This document shows, one piece after another, positions 22,563 to 32,723 of a DNA stretch of 64,000 bases. The stretch is taken from contig JAJDAP010000095.1 of NCBI GenBank assembly GCA_029261795.1, positions 810 through 64,809 on the forward strand, in the 5' to 3' direction. A program made the position numbers and the translations under genes. The stretch comes from Deltaproteobacteria bacterium (GTDB lineage: Bacteria > Myxococcota_A > UBA9160 > UBA6930). The notes below the pieces were generated by a model, which saw only the letters and a program-made list of their open reading frames with translations, was not told where the DNA came from and made no database searches. How positions within the stretch are numbered: the stretch's first letter is position 1; each line of letters opens with the position of its first letter.

Positions 22563-22686
22563 GGAGATCCTTCAGCGGGGGGCAGGCTGGGTGCGATTCC
22601 CGCATTCTGGGGGCGCGAAGTAGAACACCCTAACCTGGGAACGGTCCAAAACCAAACTGAGTTTGAGCCATGCTCCGTGATTCGAC

Positions 22687-25206
22687 ATGAGAGACCTCCG
22701 GCTTTACCGCTCCAAGCGAGACCCGAACCAGACCCCGGAGCCGTTCGGTGAGACGTCCGAATCGCGGGTGCTTCCCCCCGGGTCGCCGGGCGAGTTCGTG
22801 GTGCAGCAACATGCGGCGAGGAATCTCCACTGGGACCTGCGGCTCGAGATCGACGGGGTGCTGGTTTCCTGGGCGGTGCCCCGTGGGCCGAGCCTCGACC
22901 CGGATGAGAAGCGGTTGGCGGTGCAAACCGAAGACCATCCGATGGCCTACGGCGATTTCGAGGGCGTGATTCCCGAGGGCAACTACGGCGCCGGTGCCAT
23001 GATCGTCTGGGATCGAGGCAGCTACCGGAGCGTCGATGGCCATTCGCCGGCGCAGGGCCTCGAGGTCGGCAAGATCGATCTGTGGCTCGAGGGGCACAAG
23101 CTGCGGGGCCGCTTCGCGCTGGTTCGCACCAAGCGCGGCAAGGGAAGGGACTGGCTGTTCTTCAAGAAAGGGCGGAAGCCGGAAGAAACCGAAGAGATCA
23201 TTGAACGCGCGCCAGAGTCGGTCTACTCGGGGCTCCGTGTGGGCGAGGTGGCCGAGTCGGTGTCTCTCGACGAATCACTCCGCGAGCGTGCACGAACCTC
23301 GGGCGCTCGCCCCGAGACGCTCGACGCTGCGAAACTGCGCCCGATGCTCGCGAAACCGGCGAAGGCGATTCCTCCGGGCGGCGATTGGCTCTTCGAGCTC
23401 AAGTACGATGGGGTGCGCGCGCTGATCGAAAAGGATGGCGCGCGGGTTCGGATCTTCTCGCGGACCGGCCGCGATCGCACCCACGTGTATCCCGAGATCG
23501 CGGCGGCCGCCGCTCACCTGCCGGTCTCGCAGTGTGTCCTCGACGGTGAACTCGTCTCCCTGGATGAGGAAGGCCGTAGCTCGTTCGAACGCCTGCAACG
23601 CCGCTTCACACAGACGGATGCGGACGCCATCGCGCGTGCGCGTCGGGAGCTGCCGGTCGTCCTCTACGCTTTCGATCTGCTTTCGATGGCCGGCCTCGAG
23701 CTTCGGGCCCTACCGATCGAAGAGCGGAAACGGCTGCTGGGCGAACTGCTTCCGCCGCTGGGCCCGCTCCGCTTGGCGGACCATCTGCTAGGTGACGGTT
23801 CCGGATTCCTCGATCTGGTGCGCGAGCAGGGGCTCGAGGGCATCGTCGCCAAGCGTTCGGGCTCGGCCTATCAAGCGAATCAGCGCTCGGACGATTGGTG
23901 CAAGATCAAGGTGCCACGAACGGCGTCGCTGGTGATCGTGGGCGTCGTGGCAGGCAAGGGCTCTCGCAAGGCGATGGGCTCGCTGATGGTTGCCGGCTAT
24001 CGCGAAGGCGAACTCGTCTACTGTGGAAACGTGGGTTCGGGTCTGGGCGAGGCCGTGACCGACTTCCTGATTGCAGCCCTGGCCGACAAGCGGCTCTCAG
24101 CGCCGGCCTTCACGAAAGCACCCGAGTCAGTGGCTCCGGGTTCCTACTTCGTGGTCCCCGAACAGGTCTGCGAAGTCCGCTTCACCGAGATGACCAGTGG
24201 AGGGCAGCTGAGACATCCGGTGTTCCTCGGCCTGCGAGACGACGTGGCCCTCGAGGCCTGCGTCGCGCCCGCCGCCAGATCTGCCATTCAGGAACCCGAC
24301 TCGGTGCCGCCGCCGGCGGCCGAAGCTGAACTGAAGCTCACGCGCCTCGACAAGATCTTCTGGCCGATCGAGGGCTACACGAAGGGCGATCTGCTGGCCT
24401 ATCACGAGGCGATCTGGCCCTGGTTGGCGCCGTACCTGAAGGATCGGCCGCTGGTGTTGACCCGCTATCCCGATGGCATCGAAGGCAAGAACTTCTACCA
24501 GAAGAATGCGCCCGAGTTCACGCCCGAGTGGGCCACCCGCACCAACATCGACGGCACCGATTACTTCGTCTGCAACGAACTCGACACGCTGCTCTATGTG
24601 ATCAACTCCGGCGCGATCCCGCTGCACGTCTGGTCGAGTCGCGTGACCGACATCGAACACCCGGACTGGCTGATCCTGGATCTCGATCCCAAGGAGGCGC
24701 CCTTCGAGGACGTGGTGACGATCGCGCGGCACATCCACAAATTGTTGGATTCGTTAGGGGCGGCACATTTCGTCAAGACCTCCGGGCAGGATGGGCTGCA
24801 CGTCTTCCTGCCGATGGCCGGCCAGCTGACGCACAAGGAGGTGCGGGCGTTGGCCGAGGTGCTGGCGCGCATCGTGGTCAGCGACCTGCCCGAGATCGCC
24901 ACCGTCGTGCGCCCGATCGCCAGCCGGGGTGGCAAGGTCTACGTGGACTTCGGCCAGAACGCGCGAGGGCAACTCATCGCCGCCCCGTTCTCGGTTCGCC
25001 CGCGCCCCGGCGCCCCGGTTTCGACACCGCTCCGCTGGCCCCAGGTCACCCGGCGCCTCGACCCGGTGCGCTGGAATCTCCGGACCACCCCGAAGCAGAT
25101 GGCTGGGAAGGGCGACCCCTTCGCCGGTGTACTCGGCCCGGGGATCGATGTCGCAGCGCTGTTCGCCGGGATCGAGGCGCGAATGCGGGCCGAGCCCACG
25201 GACTAG
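22687..25206 (+). CDS. ligD: ATP-dependent DNA ligase D (phosphoesterase-ligase-polymerase)
   Basis: 839 aa. The PE domain has 'FVVQQHAARNLHWDLRLE...HPMAYGDFEG'. The ligase has 'LFELKYDGVRAL' (KxDG). The polymerase/primase has 'LTRLDKIFWP...LTRYPDGIEGKNFYQKN...LILDLDP...VKTSGQDGLHVFLP'. It is divergent from ku with a 124-bp gap. Confidence 0.92.
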   Translation: MRDLRLYRSKRDPNQTPEPFGETSESRVLPPGSPGEFVVQQHAARNLHWDLRLEIDGVLVSWAVPRGPSLDPDEKRLAVQTEDHPMAYGDFEGVIPEGNYGAGAMIVWDRGSYRSVDGHSPAQGLEVGKIDLWLEGHKLRGRFALVRTKRGKGRDWLFFKKGRKPEETEEIIERAPESVYSGLRVGEVAESVSLDESLRERARTSGARPETLDAAKLRPMLAKPAKAIPPGGDWLFELKYDGVRALIEKDGARVRIFSRTGRDRTHVYPEIAAAAAHLPVSQCVLDGELVSLDEEGRSSFERLQRRFTQTDADAIARARRELPVVLYAFDLLSMAGLELRALPIEERKRLLGELLPPLGPLRLADHLLGDGSGFLDLVREQGLEGIVAKRSGSAYQANQRSDDWCKIKVPRTASLVIVGVVAGKGSRKAMGSLMVAGYREGELVYCGNVGSGLGEAVTDFLIAALADKRLSAPAFTKAPESVAPGSYFVVPEQVCEVRFTEMTSGGQLRHPVFLGLRDDVALEACVAPAARSAIQEPDSVPPPAAEAELKLTRLDKIFWPIEGYTKGDLLAYHEAIWPWLAPYLKDRPLVLTRYPDGIEGKNFYQKNAPEFTPEWATRTNIDGTDYFVCNELDTLLYVINSGAIPLHVWSSRVTDIEHPDWLILDLDPKEAPFEDVVTIARHIHKLLDSLGAAHFVKTSGQDGLHVFLPMAGQLTHKEVRALAEVLARIVVSDLPEIATVVRPIASRGGKVYVDFGQNARGQLIAAPFSVRPRPGAPVSTPLRWPQVTRRLDPVRWNLRTTPKQMAGKGDPFAGVLGPGIDVAALFAGIEARMRAEPTD

Positions 25207-25348
25207 CTGAAGCGAGATCGGTGTGGAAACGCCCCCGTCGCCAGTTCAGCTGAGGGAGTACGAGGGGCAGGCGTGCCTGCACAACGCTCCGTTCTGCCGA
25301 AGTTCATTCTGATACAGTGTTTGATCTCGACCTCCGGGGAGAACGCGC

Positions 25349-26122
25349 ATGCGACGATCCGTCGGCACTTCCGGGTATTCCTACAAGGAATGGAAGGGCC
25401 CGTTCTACCCCGAGAAGCTCGCGGCCAAGGACATGTTGGCCTGGTATGCCGAGGAGCTCCCGGCGGTCGAGATCAACAACACCTTCTATCGGATGCCGAA
25501 GCGTGAGGTGCTCGAGAGCTGGGCCGAGCAGGTGCCGGATGGTTTCCGGTTCTCGATCAAGGCCTCGCGGCGGATCACGCACCAGAAGCGGTTGAAGGAC
25601 GCGGACGAGCCGCTCGGGTTTCTCGTCGGAAATCTCGACGCGTTGGGCGACCGGCTCGGCGTGGTGCTGTTTCAGCTGCCGCCAAACCTGAAGCTGGATC
25701 TCGCGAGATTCGAAGCCTTCCAGGCGTTGCTGCCGACGGATCTTCCGGTGGCGTTCGAGTTCCGCCACGAGTCCTGGTCGGATGAGACGGTCTTCGCGGC
25801 GCTTCGGAACAGCGGCCACGGCATCGTGGTCAGCGACAGCATCGAGGCGCCGGCAGAGGGGTTGGCGGTGACCGCGCCCCACGCCTACCTCCGGTTGCGT
25901 CGACCCGACTACGAGCGTGCGGATCTGGCGAAGTGGGCGACGCGGCTGCGGCGGGCCAAACCGGACGAAGCCTTCGTCTTCTTCAAGCACGAGGACGAGG
26001 GCGCAGGCCCAAAGCTGGCAGCCGAGTTCCTCTCCGTCATGGAGCGCGCCAGCAAACGCCGAAGCGCGCGTGCGGCGAAGGGGGAGGCGAAGGCCGGAGC
26101 CCGCCGAAAGGCCGCCGGTTAA
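25349..26122 (+). CDS. DUF72 (YecE-like) family protein
   Basis: 257 aa. 'VGTSGYSYKEWKGPFYPEKL...LPAVEINNTFYRMP...FRFSIKASRRITH' is the characteristic DUF72 N-terminal pattern. Confidence 0.85.
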   Translation: MRRSVGTSGYSYKEWKGPFYPEKLAAKDMLAWYAEELPAVEINNTFYRMPKREVLESWAEQVPDGFRFSIKASRRITHQKRLKDADEPLGFLVGNLDALGDRLGVVLFQLPPNLKLDLARFEAFQALLPTDLPVAFEFRHESWSDETVFAALRNSGHGIVVSDSIEAPAEGLAVTAPHAYLRLRRPDYERADLAKWATRLRRAKPDEAFVFFKHEDEGAGPKLAAEFLSVMERASKRRSARAAKGEAKAGARRKAAG

Positions 26123-26173
26123 TTTCGGCTGCGGGCTTCTCGGCTCGAGTGTGCGGGTCGCGAGCCTGTATCG

Positions 26174-26779
26174 CTAGGCGCGGCGCTTTCGGCTGGCGCC
26201 GATGAGCAGGGCGCCGATGCCGAAGGCGAGGGCGGCGCTGGGTTCCGGGATGGCGCGGGTCGCGACGCCGAGGTCCATGCCCCAGCCTCCCGGCGGCGGG
26301 CCTACGCCGGCTGCCGTGGGTGCGAAGGTCTGGCCCCACAGGAAGAAGTTGCCGTTGCCGAGGCTCCCGGTCTGGCTCCAGGTGTTGGCGACCTGCGTGC
26401 CGTGGCGATCGTTGACGAAGGTGAAGATGCCGTAGTTCGAAACGCTCAACTGTCCGATCGTCTGGCCCGCGCCGACAGAGAAGTCGAGATGGCCGCTCAC
26501 GGTCTGCTCGATTCCGCCGACCCGCATGCTTCCGGTGATGCTGGTGAAGGCGCCGGCATTGAAGTCGGCCGTCAAATACAGGCCCGAACTCGCACTCGGC
26601 GTGATGCCGGAACGCTGGCCACAGCGCCAATAGCCGTTCAACGCGCAACCCGAGGCCTGGTGAATGGTGCTGAAGCCCATGCCACCCTGCCCGCCGCTCA
26701 GGAGCTCGAGCTGCACGGGTACGGCGAGCGCACTGGTCGGCAGCAGGAAAGCGAGGAATAGAATGACGGAACGCAACAT
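26174..26779 (-). CDS. PEP-CTERM sorting-domain secreted protein
   Basis: 201 aa. Signal peptide 'VILFLAFLLPTSALA'. The C-terminus 'IPEPSAALAFGIGALLIGASRKRRA' shows the PEP motif, a TM helix and a basic cluster. Confidence 0.8.
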   Translation of the reverse strand: MLRSVILFLAFLLPTSALAVPVQLELLSGGQGGMGFSTIHQASGCALNGYWRCGQRSGITPSASSGLYLTADFNAGAFTSITGSMRVGGIEQTVSGHLDFSVGAGQTIGQLSVSNYGIFTFVNDRHGTQVANTWSQTGSLGNGNFFLWGQTFAPTAAGVGPPPGGWGMDLGVATRAIPEPSAALAFGIGALLIGASRKRRA

Positions 26780-26953
26780 AGGGGTCTCCCCTCGATGACG
26801 AGGATTCTGCCCCGTGAGTGTCCGTTGCCGGGTTGGAGGTTGCGCCGGATTTCACGAATTCGGCAGCAAATTCGGCTGGACATCTCTCGGCGGTGCAAGG
26901 GATGTGCAGCTGCAACGCAACTTCAGCTCAAGGGGCTTCTCGAGCGACCAGAC

Positions 26954-28654
26954 CTAACGTTTTCGCGGCGGGGGAAGATCCGTGGCGGTTCCCTCGGCGA
27001 CTTCGGCCGCGAAGGCCACCGTCTCCGCAAGGGTCGGGTGTGCATGAACGGTGAGCCCGAGGTCGGCCGCGTCCGCGCCCATCTCGATGCCCAGGGTGGG
27101 TTCGGCGATCAGTTCGCCGGCATGGACGCCGACGATGCCGGCGCCCAGCAGGCGTCCGTCCTCGACCGAGAAGAGCAGCTTGGTCAAGCCGTCGGTTCGC
27201 CCGACGCCGATGGCGCGGCCGCTGGCCGCCCAGGGGAAGACACCCTTGCGGATTTCGATGCCCTGGCGCGCTGCGTCCTCTTCGGTGAGGCCAGCCCAGG
27301 CCACCTCGGGGTCCGTGTAGGCGACGGACGGGATCGTGCGCGCGTCGAACGCGCTCTTCTGGCCGGCCGCAACCTCGGCGGCGACCTTGCCCTGATGCGT
27401 CGCGCGGTGGGCGAGCTGGGGTTGCCCGGTGAGGTCGCCGATCGCGAAGATGTGAGAGGCCGAGGTTCGCTGCTGCGCGTCGATGGCAACGACGCCCTGT
27501 TCATCGGGCTGGATGCCGAGCAGGTCCAAGCCGATGCCCTCGTGATTCGTGCGTCGGCCGACGGCGACCAGCACGCGGTCGAACTCGGCTTCCGGCGGTG
27601 CGTCGTCGCCTTGATAGGTGACGCGCAGACCGGCATCGTCGGCCTCGATCCCGCCGAGGCCCACACCGAGGTGGATCGCCGTGCAACGTTTGCGGAGATC
27701 CTTCTCGAGGGGCCGCACCAGATCGCGATCGACGCCGACCATCAGTCGGTCCAGCAATTCGACGACGGTTACCTGCCAGCCGAACGAGAGGTAGACCGTG
27801 GCCATCTCGAGGCCGATGATGCCGCCGCCGACCACGAGCATGCGGCCTGGAGGGCCGTCGAGCTCGAGGGCGCCGGTCGAATCGATGATGCGGGGGTCGT
27901 CGGGCAGTCCGGGGATCACGACGGGTCGCGAGCCGGTCGCGAGAATCGCGTTCTCGAAGCCCAGCACGCGCGGACCGTCAGCGGTCTCGACCGTCAGCTC
28001 GTGGCTGCCGGTGAAGCGGCCGGTTCCGTGGATGACGCTGACGCCCCGCGCCTTCGCGAGGCCGTCGAGCCCGCGCGTCAAGGTGCCGACGACCTCGTCC
28101 TTGCGGGCGCGGATGCGCGCCCAATCGAAACTCGGCTCGGAGAAGCCGATGCCATGGGCACCGAGCGCCTTGGCCTCTTCGAGAACGCCCGCCATGTGGA
28201 GCAGCGCTTTGGACGGGATGCAGCCGACGTTGAGGCATACCCCGCCTAGCGTTGCGTCGCGCTCGACGAGGATGACCGACAGCCCGAGGTCGGCCGCGCG
28301 AAACGCCGCGGTGTAGCCGCCAGGCCCTGCGCCCAACACGATCAGGTCCGCGCGTCCGGGCGCCGAAGCCGTCGGCGCCTTCGTGTCGGTTTCGGCAGGC
28401 GCGGCCTCGCTGGCTTCCACGGACAACACGCAGAGTTCGCTGCCCTCTCCAACCTGGCTCCCCTCGCTGACCGTCAGCGAAAGCACGATACCGGCTGCCG
28501 GCGAAGGAACTTCCATCGAAGCCTTGTCGCTTTCGAGCACCAGCAGGGATTGCTCGACTTCCACGCGGTCGCCCACGCGAACCAATAACTCGACGACGTC
28601 GACGAGATCGAACTCGCCGATATCGGGCACACAGACCGACAGGGTTTCCGGCAT
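26954..28654 (-). CDS. lpdA: dihydrolipoyl dehydrogenase (E3) with N-terminal lipoyl domain
   Basis: 566 aa. Lipoyl motif 'LLVLESDKASMEVPSP'. FAD motif 'LIVLGAGPGGYTAA'. Redox disulfide 'GGVCLNVGCIPSK'. C-terminal 'HAHPTLAE'. Confidence 0.92.
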   Translation of the reverse strand: MPETLSVCVPDIGEFDLVDVVELLVRVGDRVEVEQSLLVLESDKASMEVPSPAAGIVLSLTVSEGSQVGEGSELCVLSVEASEAAPAETDTKAPTASAPGRADLIVLGAGPGGYTAAFRAADLGLSVILVERDATLGGVCLNVGCIPSKALLHMAGVLEEAKALGAHGIGFSEPSFDWARIRARKDEVVGTLTRGLDGLAKARGVSVIHGTGRFTGSHELTVETADGPRVLGFENAILATGSRPVVIPGLPDDPRIIDSTGALELDGPPGRMLVVGGGIIGLEMATVYLSFGWQVTVVELLDRLMVGVDRDLVRPLEKDLRKRCTAIHLGVGLGGIEADDAGLRVTYQGDDAPPEAEFDRVLVAVGRRTNHEGIGLDLLGIQPDEQGVVAIDAQQRTSASHIFAIGDLTGQPQLAHRATHQGKVAAEVAAGQKSAFDARTIPSVAYTDPEVAWAGLTEEDAARQGIEIRKGVFPWAASGRAIGVGRTDGLTKLLFSVEDGRLLGAGIVGVHAGELIAEPTLGIEMGADAADLGLTVHAHPTLAETVAFAAEVAEGTATDLPPPRKR

Positions 28655-28656
28655 GG

Positions 28657-29961
28657 CTAGAGCAACAGCCTTCGCAGATCCGAGAGCAACAGCGTGAGGC
28701 GGCTGGTGAAGCGCACGGCGTCGGCGCCATCGATCACCCGGTGATCGTAGGAGAGCGACAACGGCAGGATCAGCCGCGGTACGAATTCACCCTCTCGGAG
28801 GACGGGTTTCCATTCCATGCGCGAGACGCCGAGGATGGCGACTTCCGGATGGTTCACGATGGGCGTGAAGAACGTGCCGCCGATGCCACCGAGGCTCGAG
28901 ATGCTGAAGCTCCCGCCCTGGAGGTCCTGCGGCCGGAGCTTCCGATCGCGGGCGCGCAGCGACAGATCTTCCAGTGCCCCGGCGAGTTCGAAGAGTCCCT
29001 TCGAATCCGCGCCTCGAATTACCGGCACGACCAGACCGTTTTCCGTATCGACGGCGACGCCGACGTTCAGGTAGCGCTTCAGGATCAGGTTCTCGCCGGT
29101 CGGGTCGAGCGAGGCATTGAAGTGGGGGAACTCCCGGAGGGCCGCCGTCACCGCCTTGACCACGAAGGGCAGGAAGGTCAGCTTCACACCCGCGGCCTCG
29201 GCTTCTCCCTTGTGCGCCTTTCGGAAGGCGTCGAGTTCCGTGATGTCGGCTTCGTCGAACTGGGTGACGTGGGGGACGGTGACCCAGCTGCGGTGCAGGT
29301 TGGCCGCCGAGAGCCGGCGAATCCGATTGAGTGGCGTGGTCTCTATTTCACCGAACTTCGTGAAGTCGATCGCGAGCGGCGCCGCCACGGCGACGCCCGC
29401 GATCGGAACGCCGCCGCCGCTCCCGGCCGCGAGCGAGGCCTTCACGAAGCGCTGCACGTCTTCGCGCGTCACGCGCGCCTTGCGGCCGGTTCCGGGAACC
29501 AGGTCCAGGGCGACGCCGAGTTCGCGAGCCAGCTGGCGCACCGAGGGGCTCGCGTGGGCTGCCACCGGCTTGTGGAGCTTGGGCGGCTCGGCGCCAATGG
29601 TTTCCGTGGCCGGTGCCAGGGCGTTCGGTGTGCCCACGATCGGCGTGTCGTCTGGGAGCGGTGCCGGCGCTGCAGCCGCTGTTGGCTTCGGTTCCGTCGG
29701 AGGCGCCGCTGCGGCTCCTTCGTCGAGGCGAATCACCGCGAGTCGCGCGCCTTCGCCGACGGCGTCGCCGACCGCGACCACGATCTCCTCGATCACGCCG
29801 GCGACCGGGGCCGGCACTTCCATCGAGGCCTTGTCGCTCTCGAGCACCAGGATCGATTGCTCGACGGCGACGTGTTCGCCCGGCCGGACCAGGATCTCGA
29901 CGACATCGGCGCTCTCGGTGTCGCCGATGTCGGGAAGGATGACGTCGTGGAGTTCGCTCAT
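28657..29961 (-). CDS. aceF: dihydrolipoyllysine-residue acetyltransferase (PDH E2)
   Basis: 434 aa. Lipoyl motif 'ILVLESDKASMEVPAP', E3-binding 'ASPSVRQLARELGV', and catalytic 'SLSYDHRVIDGA'. Confidence 0.92.
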   Translation of the reverse strand: MSELHDVILPDIGDTESADVVEILVRPGEHVAVEQSILVLESDKASMEVPAPVAGVIEEIVVAVGDAVGEGARLAVIRLDEGAAAAPPTEPKPTAAAAPAPLPDDTPIVGTPNALAPATETIGAEPPKLHKPVAAHASPSVRQLARELGVALDLVPGTGRKARVTREDVQRFVKASLAAGSGGGVPIAGVAVAAPLAIDFTKFGEIETTPLNRIRRLSAANLHRSWVTVPHVTQFDEADITELDAFRKAHKGEAEAAGVKLTFLPFVVKAVTAALREFPHFNASLDPTGENLILKRYLNVGVAVDTENGLVVPVIRGADSKGLFELAGALEDLSLRARDRKLRPQDLQGGSFSISSLGGIGGTFFTPIVNHPEVAILGVSRMEWKPVLREGEFVPRLILPLSLSYDHRVIDGADAVRFTSRLTLLLSDLRRLLL

Positions 29962-29970
29962 GCGGAGCGC

Positions 29971-32628
29971 CTAGGCCCGGACCGGGTCGAGCTTGCCAGC
30001 GTCGATGCCGTACTTCTCGATGGCCTGCTGCACGACCGCGGGCGGCAGGCTGCCGTCGTCACTCAAGGCCTTGAGTGCCGAGATTGCGATGTAGTAGCGA
30101 TCGATCTCGAAGTGGTGGCGCAAACGTTCGCGCATGTCCGAGCGGCCGAAGCCGTCCGTTCCGAGCGTGCGGTAGCGCGCTGGGACGAACGCACGGATCA
30201 GTTCCGGGAGCGCGCGCACGTAGTCGGTGGCCGCGATCACGGGCCCCAGGCGCCCAGACAGCTGCTCTTCGACATAGCATTGGCGTTGGGGTTCGCCGGG
30301 GTGCAGGCCGTTCCAACGCTCGACGGATTGACCGTCTCGCACGAGTTCGCCGAAGGACGTCACGCTCCACACGTCGGATTCGATCTGGAAATCGTCTCGC
30401 AGCAGGTCCGCCGCGGCCAGGGCTTCGCGCAGGATGGTGCCGCTGCCGAGGAGCTGGACGCGCTCGCCGTCGCCGCTTCCCTCCCGGATCGGGTACATCC
30501 CGCGCAGGATGCCCTCCTTCGCGCCTTCGGGCATGGCCGGATGCACGTAGTTCTCGTTCATCACCGTCACGTAGTAGAAGACGGCTTCGTCTTCCTGGTA
30601 CATGCGGCGGATGCCGTCGTGCAGGATCACGGCCAGTTCGTAGGCGTAGCTGGGATCGTAGGTCACGCAGTTCGGCACCGAGGAGAACCAGAGATGGCTG
30701 TGGCCGTCCTGGTGTTGCAGGCCTTCGCCAGCCAACGTGGTGCGTCCGCTGGTCCCGCCTAGCAAGAAGCCGCGTGTGCGGGAATCCGCGGCGGCCCAGA
30801 TCAGGTCGCCCACGCGCTGGATGCCGAACATCGAGTAGAAGATGTAGAACGGGATCATCGGCAGGTCGTGGGTGGCGTAGGAGGTCCCCGCGGCAATGAA
30901 CGAACAGAGCGCGCCGGCCTCGTTGATGCCTTCCTGGAGGATCTGCCCGTCCCTGTCTTCCCGGTAGTAGGCGATCGTGTCCGAATCGACCGGCTCGTAG
31001 AGCTGGCCCGTCGAGGCGTAGATGCCGAGCTGGCGGAACAAGCCCTCCATCCCGAAGGTGCGGGATTCGTCGGGAACGATCGGTACGATTCGCGGACCGA
31101 GTTCCTTGTCGCGAAGCAGCGTCGAGAGGATTCGCACGAAGGCCATCGTGGTCGACATCTCGCGCTCGCCGGAGCCCTTGAGCACGCTCTCGAACTTCTC
31201 GAGCGCCGGTAGCGGCAGCCGCGAGGCGCCGCGGCTCCGTTCGGGCAGGTAGCCGCCGAGTTCCTGTCGGCGCTCGTGGAGGTAGCGGATCTCGGGACTG
31301 TCCGGCTCCGGCTTGTAGAACGGCGCCTCCTGGATCTGATCGTCCGGGATCGGAATCCGGTAGCGATCGCGGAAGCGCCGCAGCGCGTCCTCGCCCAGCT
31401 TCTTCTGTTGGTGGGTGAAGTTCTGCCCTTCGCCGGCTTCACCCATCCCGTAGCCCTTGACCGTCTTGGCGAGGATGACCGTGGGCTGCCCTTCGTGGTG
31501 CACGGCCGCATGATAGGCGGCGTGGATCTTGCCCGGGTCGTGGCCACCGCGGTTCAGCTGCCAGATGTCGTCGTCGGTCATGTTGGCGACCAGGGCCTGC
31601 AGCTCTGGATGCGCGCCGAAGAAGTGCTCGCGCACGTAGGCGCCGCCCTTGGCCTTGTACGCTTGATAGTCGCCGTCGACGGCGCGTTCCATGCGCTCGA
31701 GCAGCCGGCCGCTCTTGTCCTTGGCGATCAGCGGGTCCCAGCGATCGCCCCAGATCACCTTCAACACGTTCCAGCCAGCGCCGCGGAAGGTGCCTTCGAG
31801 TTCCTGGATGATCTTGCCGTTGCCGCGCACCGGTCCATCGAGGCGCTGCAGGTTGCAGTTCACCACGAAGATCAGGTTGTCGAGCCCTTCGCGAGCGGCC
31901 AGGCCGATGGCACCCAATGATTCCGGTTCGTCCATTTCGCCGTCGCCCATGAAGGCCCAGACCTTGCGGCCCTTCATCTCCTGCAGGCCCCGGTGTTCCA
32001 GGTACTTCATGAAGCGCGCCTGGTAGATCGCCTGGATCGGGCCGAGGCCCATCGAGACCGTGGGGAACTGCCAGAATGCGGGCATCAACCACGGGTGCGG
32101 GTAGGAGCTGAGGCCACCGCCGTCGACCTCCTGACGGAAGCGGTTGAGCTGCTCTTCGCTGATGCGGTCTTCGAGGAAGGCGCGGGCGTAGATTCCCGGC
32201 GAGCAGTGGCCCTGGATGAAGAGCAGGTCCGGGCCGTCGACGTGGCCCTTGCCCTTGAAGAAGTGATTGAAGCCGACGTCGTACAGGGTCGCCGCGCTCT
32301 GGAAACTCGCGATGTGGCCGCCGAGTTCAGTCGAGTGTCGGTTCGCCTGGATCACCATGGCCAGCGCATTCCAGCGGATGATCGAGCGGATGCGGTGCTC
32401 GAGGCCGGGTTCCCCCGGCATCGAGGGTTCTTCCGAAACGTGGATGGTGTTGAGGTACGCCGTCGTTGCTGAGTAGGGCAGGTGGGCGCCCGAGCGCCGG
32501 GCCTGGTCGATCAGACGCTCGATCAGGTAGTGGCCGCGCTCGGCGCCTTCGGTCCGGAACACCGACTCGAGTGCTTCGAGCCACTCCTCTGTCTCGACAG
32601 AATCCGAATCCGCCAGGCGATCGACCAT
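29971..32628 (-). CDS. aceE: pyruvate dehydrogenase E1 component (homodimeric type)
   Basis: 885 aa. 'GGHIASFQSAATLYDVGFNHFF', 'GDGEMDEPES' and the overall AceE-length architecture. GGAGG sits upstream of ATG 32628. Confidence 0.95.
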   Translation of the reverse strand: MVDRLADSDSVETEEWLEALESVFRTEGAERGHYLIERLIDQARRSGAHLPYSATTAYLNTIHVSEEPSMPGEPGLEHRIRSIIRWNALAMVIQANRHSTELGGHIASFQSAATLYDVGFNHFFKGKGHVDGPDLLFIQGHCSPGIYARAFLEDRISEEQLNRFRQEVDGGGLSSYPHPWLMPAFWQFPTVSMGLGPIQAIYQARFMKYLEHRGLQEMKGRKVWAFMGDGEMDEPESLGAIGLAAREGLDNLIFVVNCNLQRLDGPVRGNGKIIQELEGTFRGAGWNVLKVIWGDRWDPLIAKDKSGRLLERMERAVDGDYQAYKAKGGAYVREHFFGAHPELQALVANMTDDDIWQLNRGGHDPGKIHAAYHAAVHHEGQPTVILAKTVKGYGMGEAGEGQNFTHQQKKLGEDALRRFRDRYRIPIPDDQIQEAPFYKPEPDSPEIRYLHERRQELGGYLPERSRGASRLPLPALEKFESVLKGSGEREMSTTMAFVRILSTLLRDKELGPRIVPIVPDESRTFGMEGLFRQLGIYASTGQLYEPVDSDTIAYYREDRDGQILQEGINEAGALCSFIAAGTSYATHDLPMIPFYIFYSMFGIQRVGDLIWAAADSRTRGFLLGGTSGRTTLAGEGLQHQDGHSHLWFSSVPNCVTYDPSYAYELAVILHDGIRRMYQEDEAVFYYVTVMNENYVHPAMPEGAKEGILRGMYPIREGSGDGERVQLLGSGTILREALAAADLLRDDFQIESDVWSVTSFGELVRDGQSVERWNGLHPGEPQRQCYVEEQLSGRLGPVIAATDYVRALPELIRAFVPARYRTLGTDGFGRSDMRERLRHHFEIDRYYIAISALKALSDDGSLPPAVVQQAIEKYGIDAGKLDPVRA

Positions 32629-32711
32629 TCGAGCCTCCTCCTACCCTTTGGCGAGTACGATGCTCGAGATAGTCAATCGGTTGCGTGTCGGCGATCCCTT
32701 AGCCCATACGA

Positions 32712-32723
32712 TCAATCGATTGA
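32712..32723. promoter_or_regulatory. 12-bp perfect palindrome TCAATCGATTGA in the aceE upstream region (candidate operator)
   Basis: Read directly from the sequence, ~85-95 bp upstream of the aceE start. An extra half-site, TCAATCG, lies at about 32674-32680. No known regulator consensus was recognised. Confidence 0.25.

Noticed and set aside
26954-28654. Lipoyl domain fused to the N-terminus of E3 as a possible novelty
   Set aside because: This architecture is known in several proteobacterial PDH operons and is not unusual.
28741-30762. 673-aa plus-strand ORF
   Set aside because: It is antisense to aceF and aceE, which have unambiguous motifs. I treat it as a shadow ORF.
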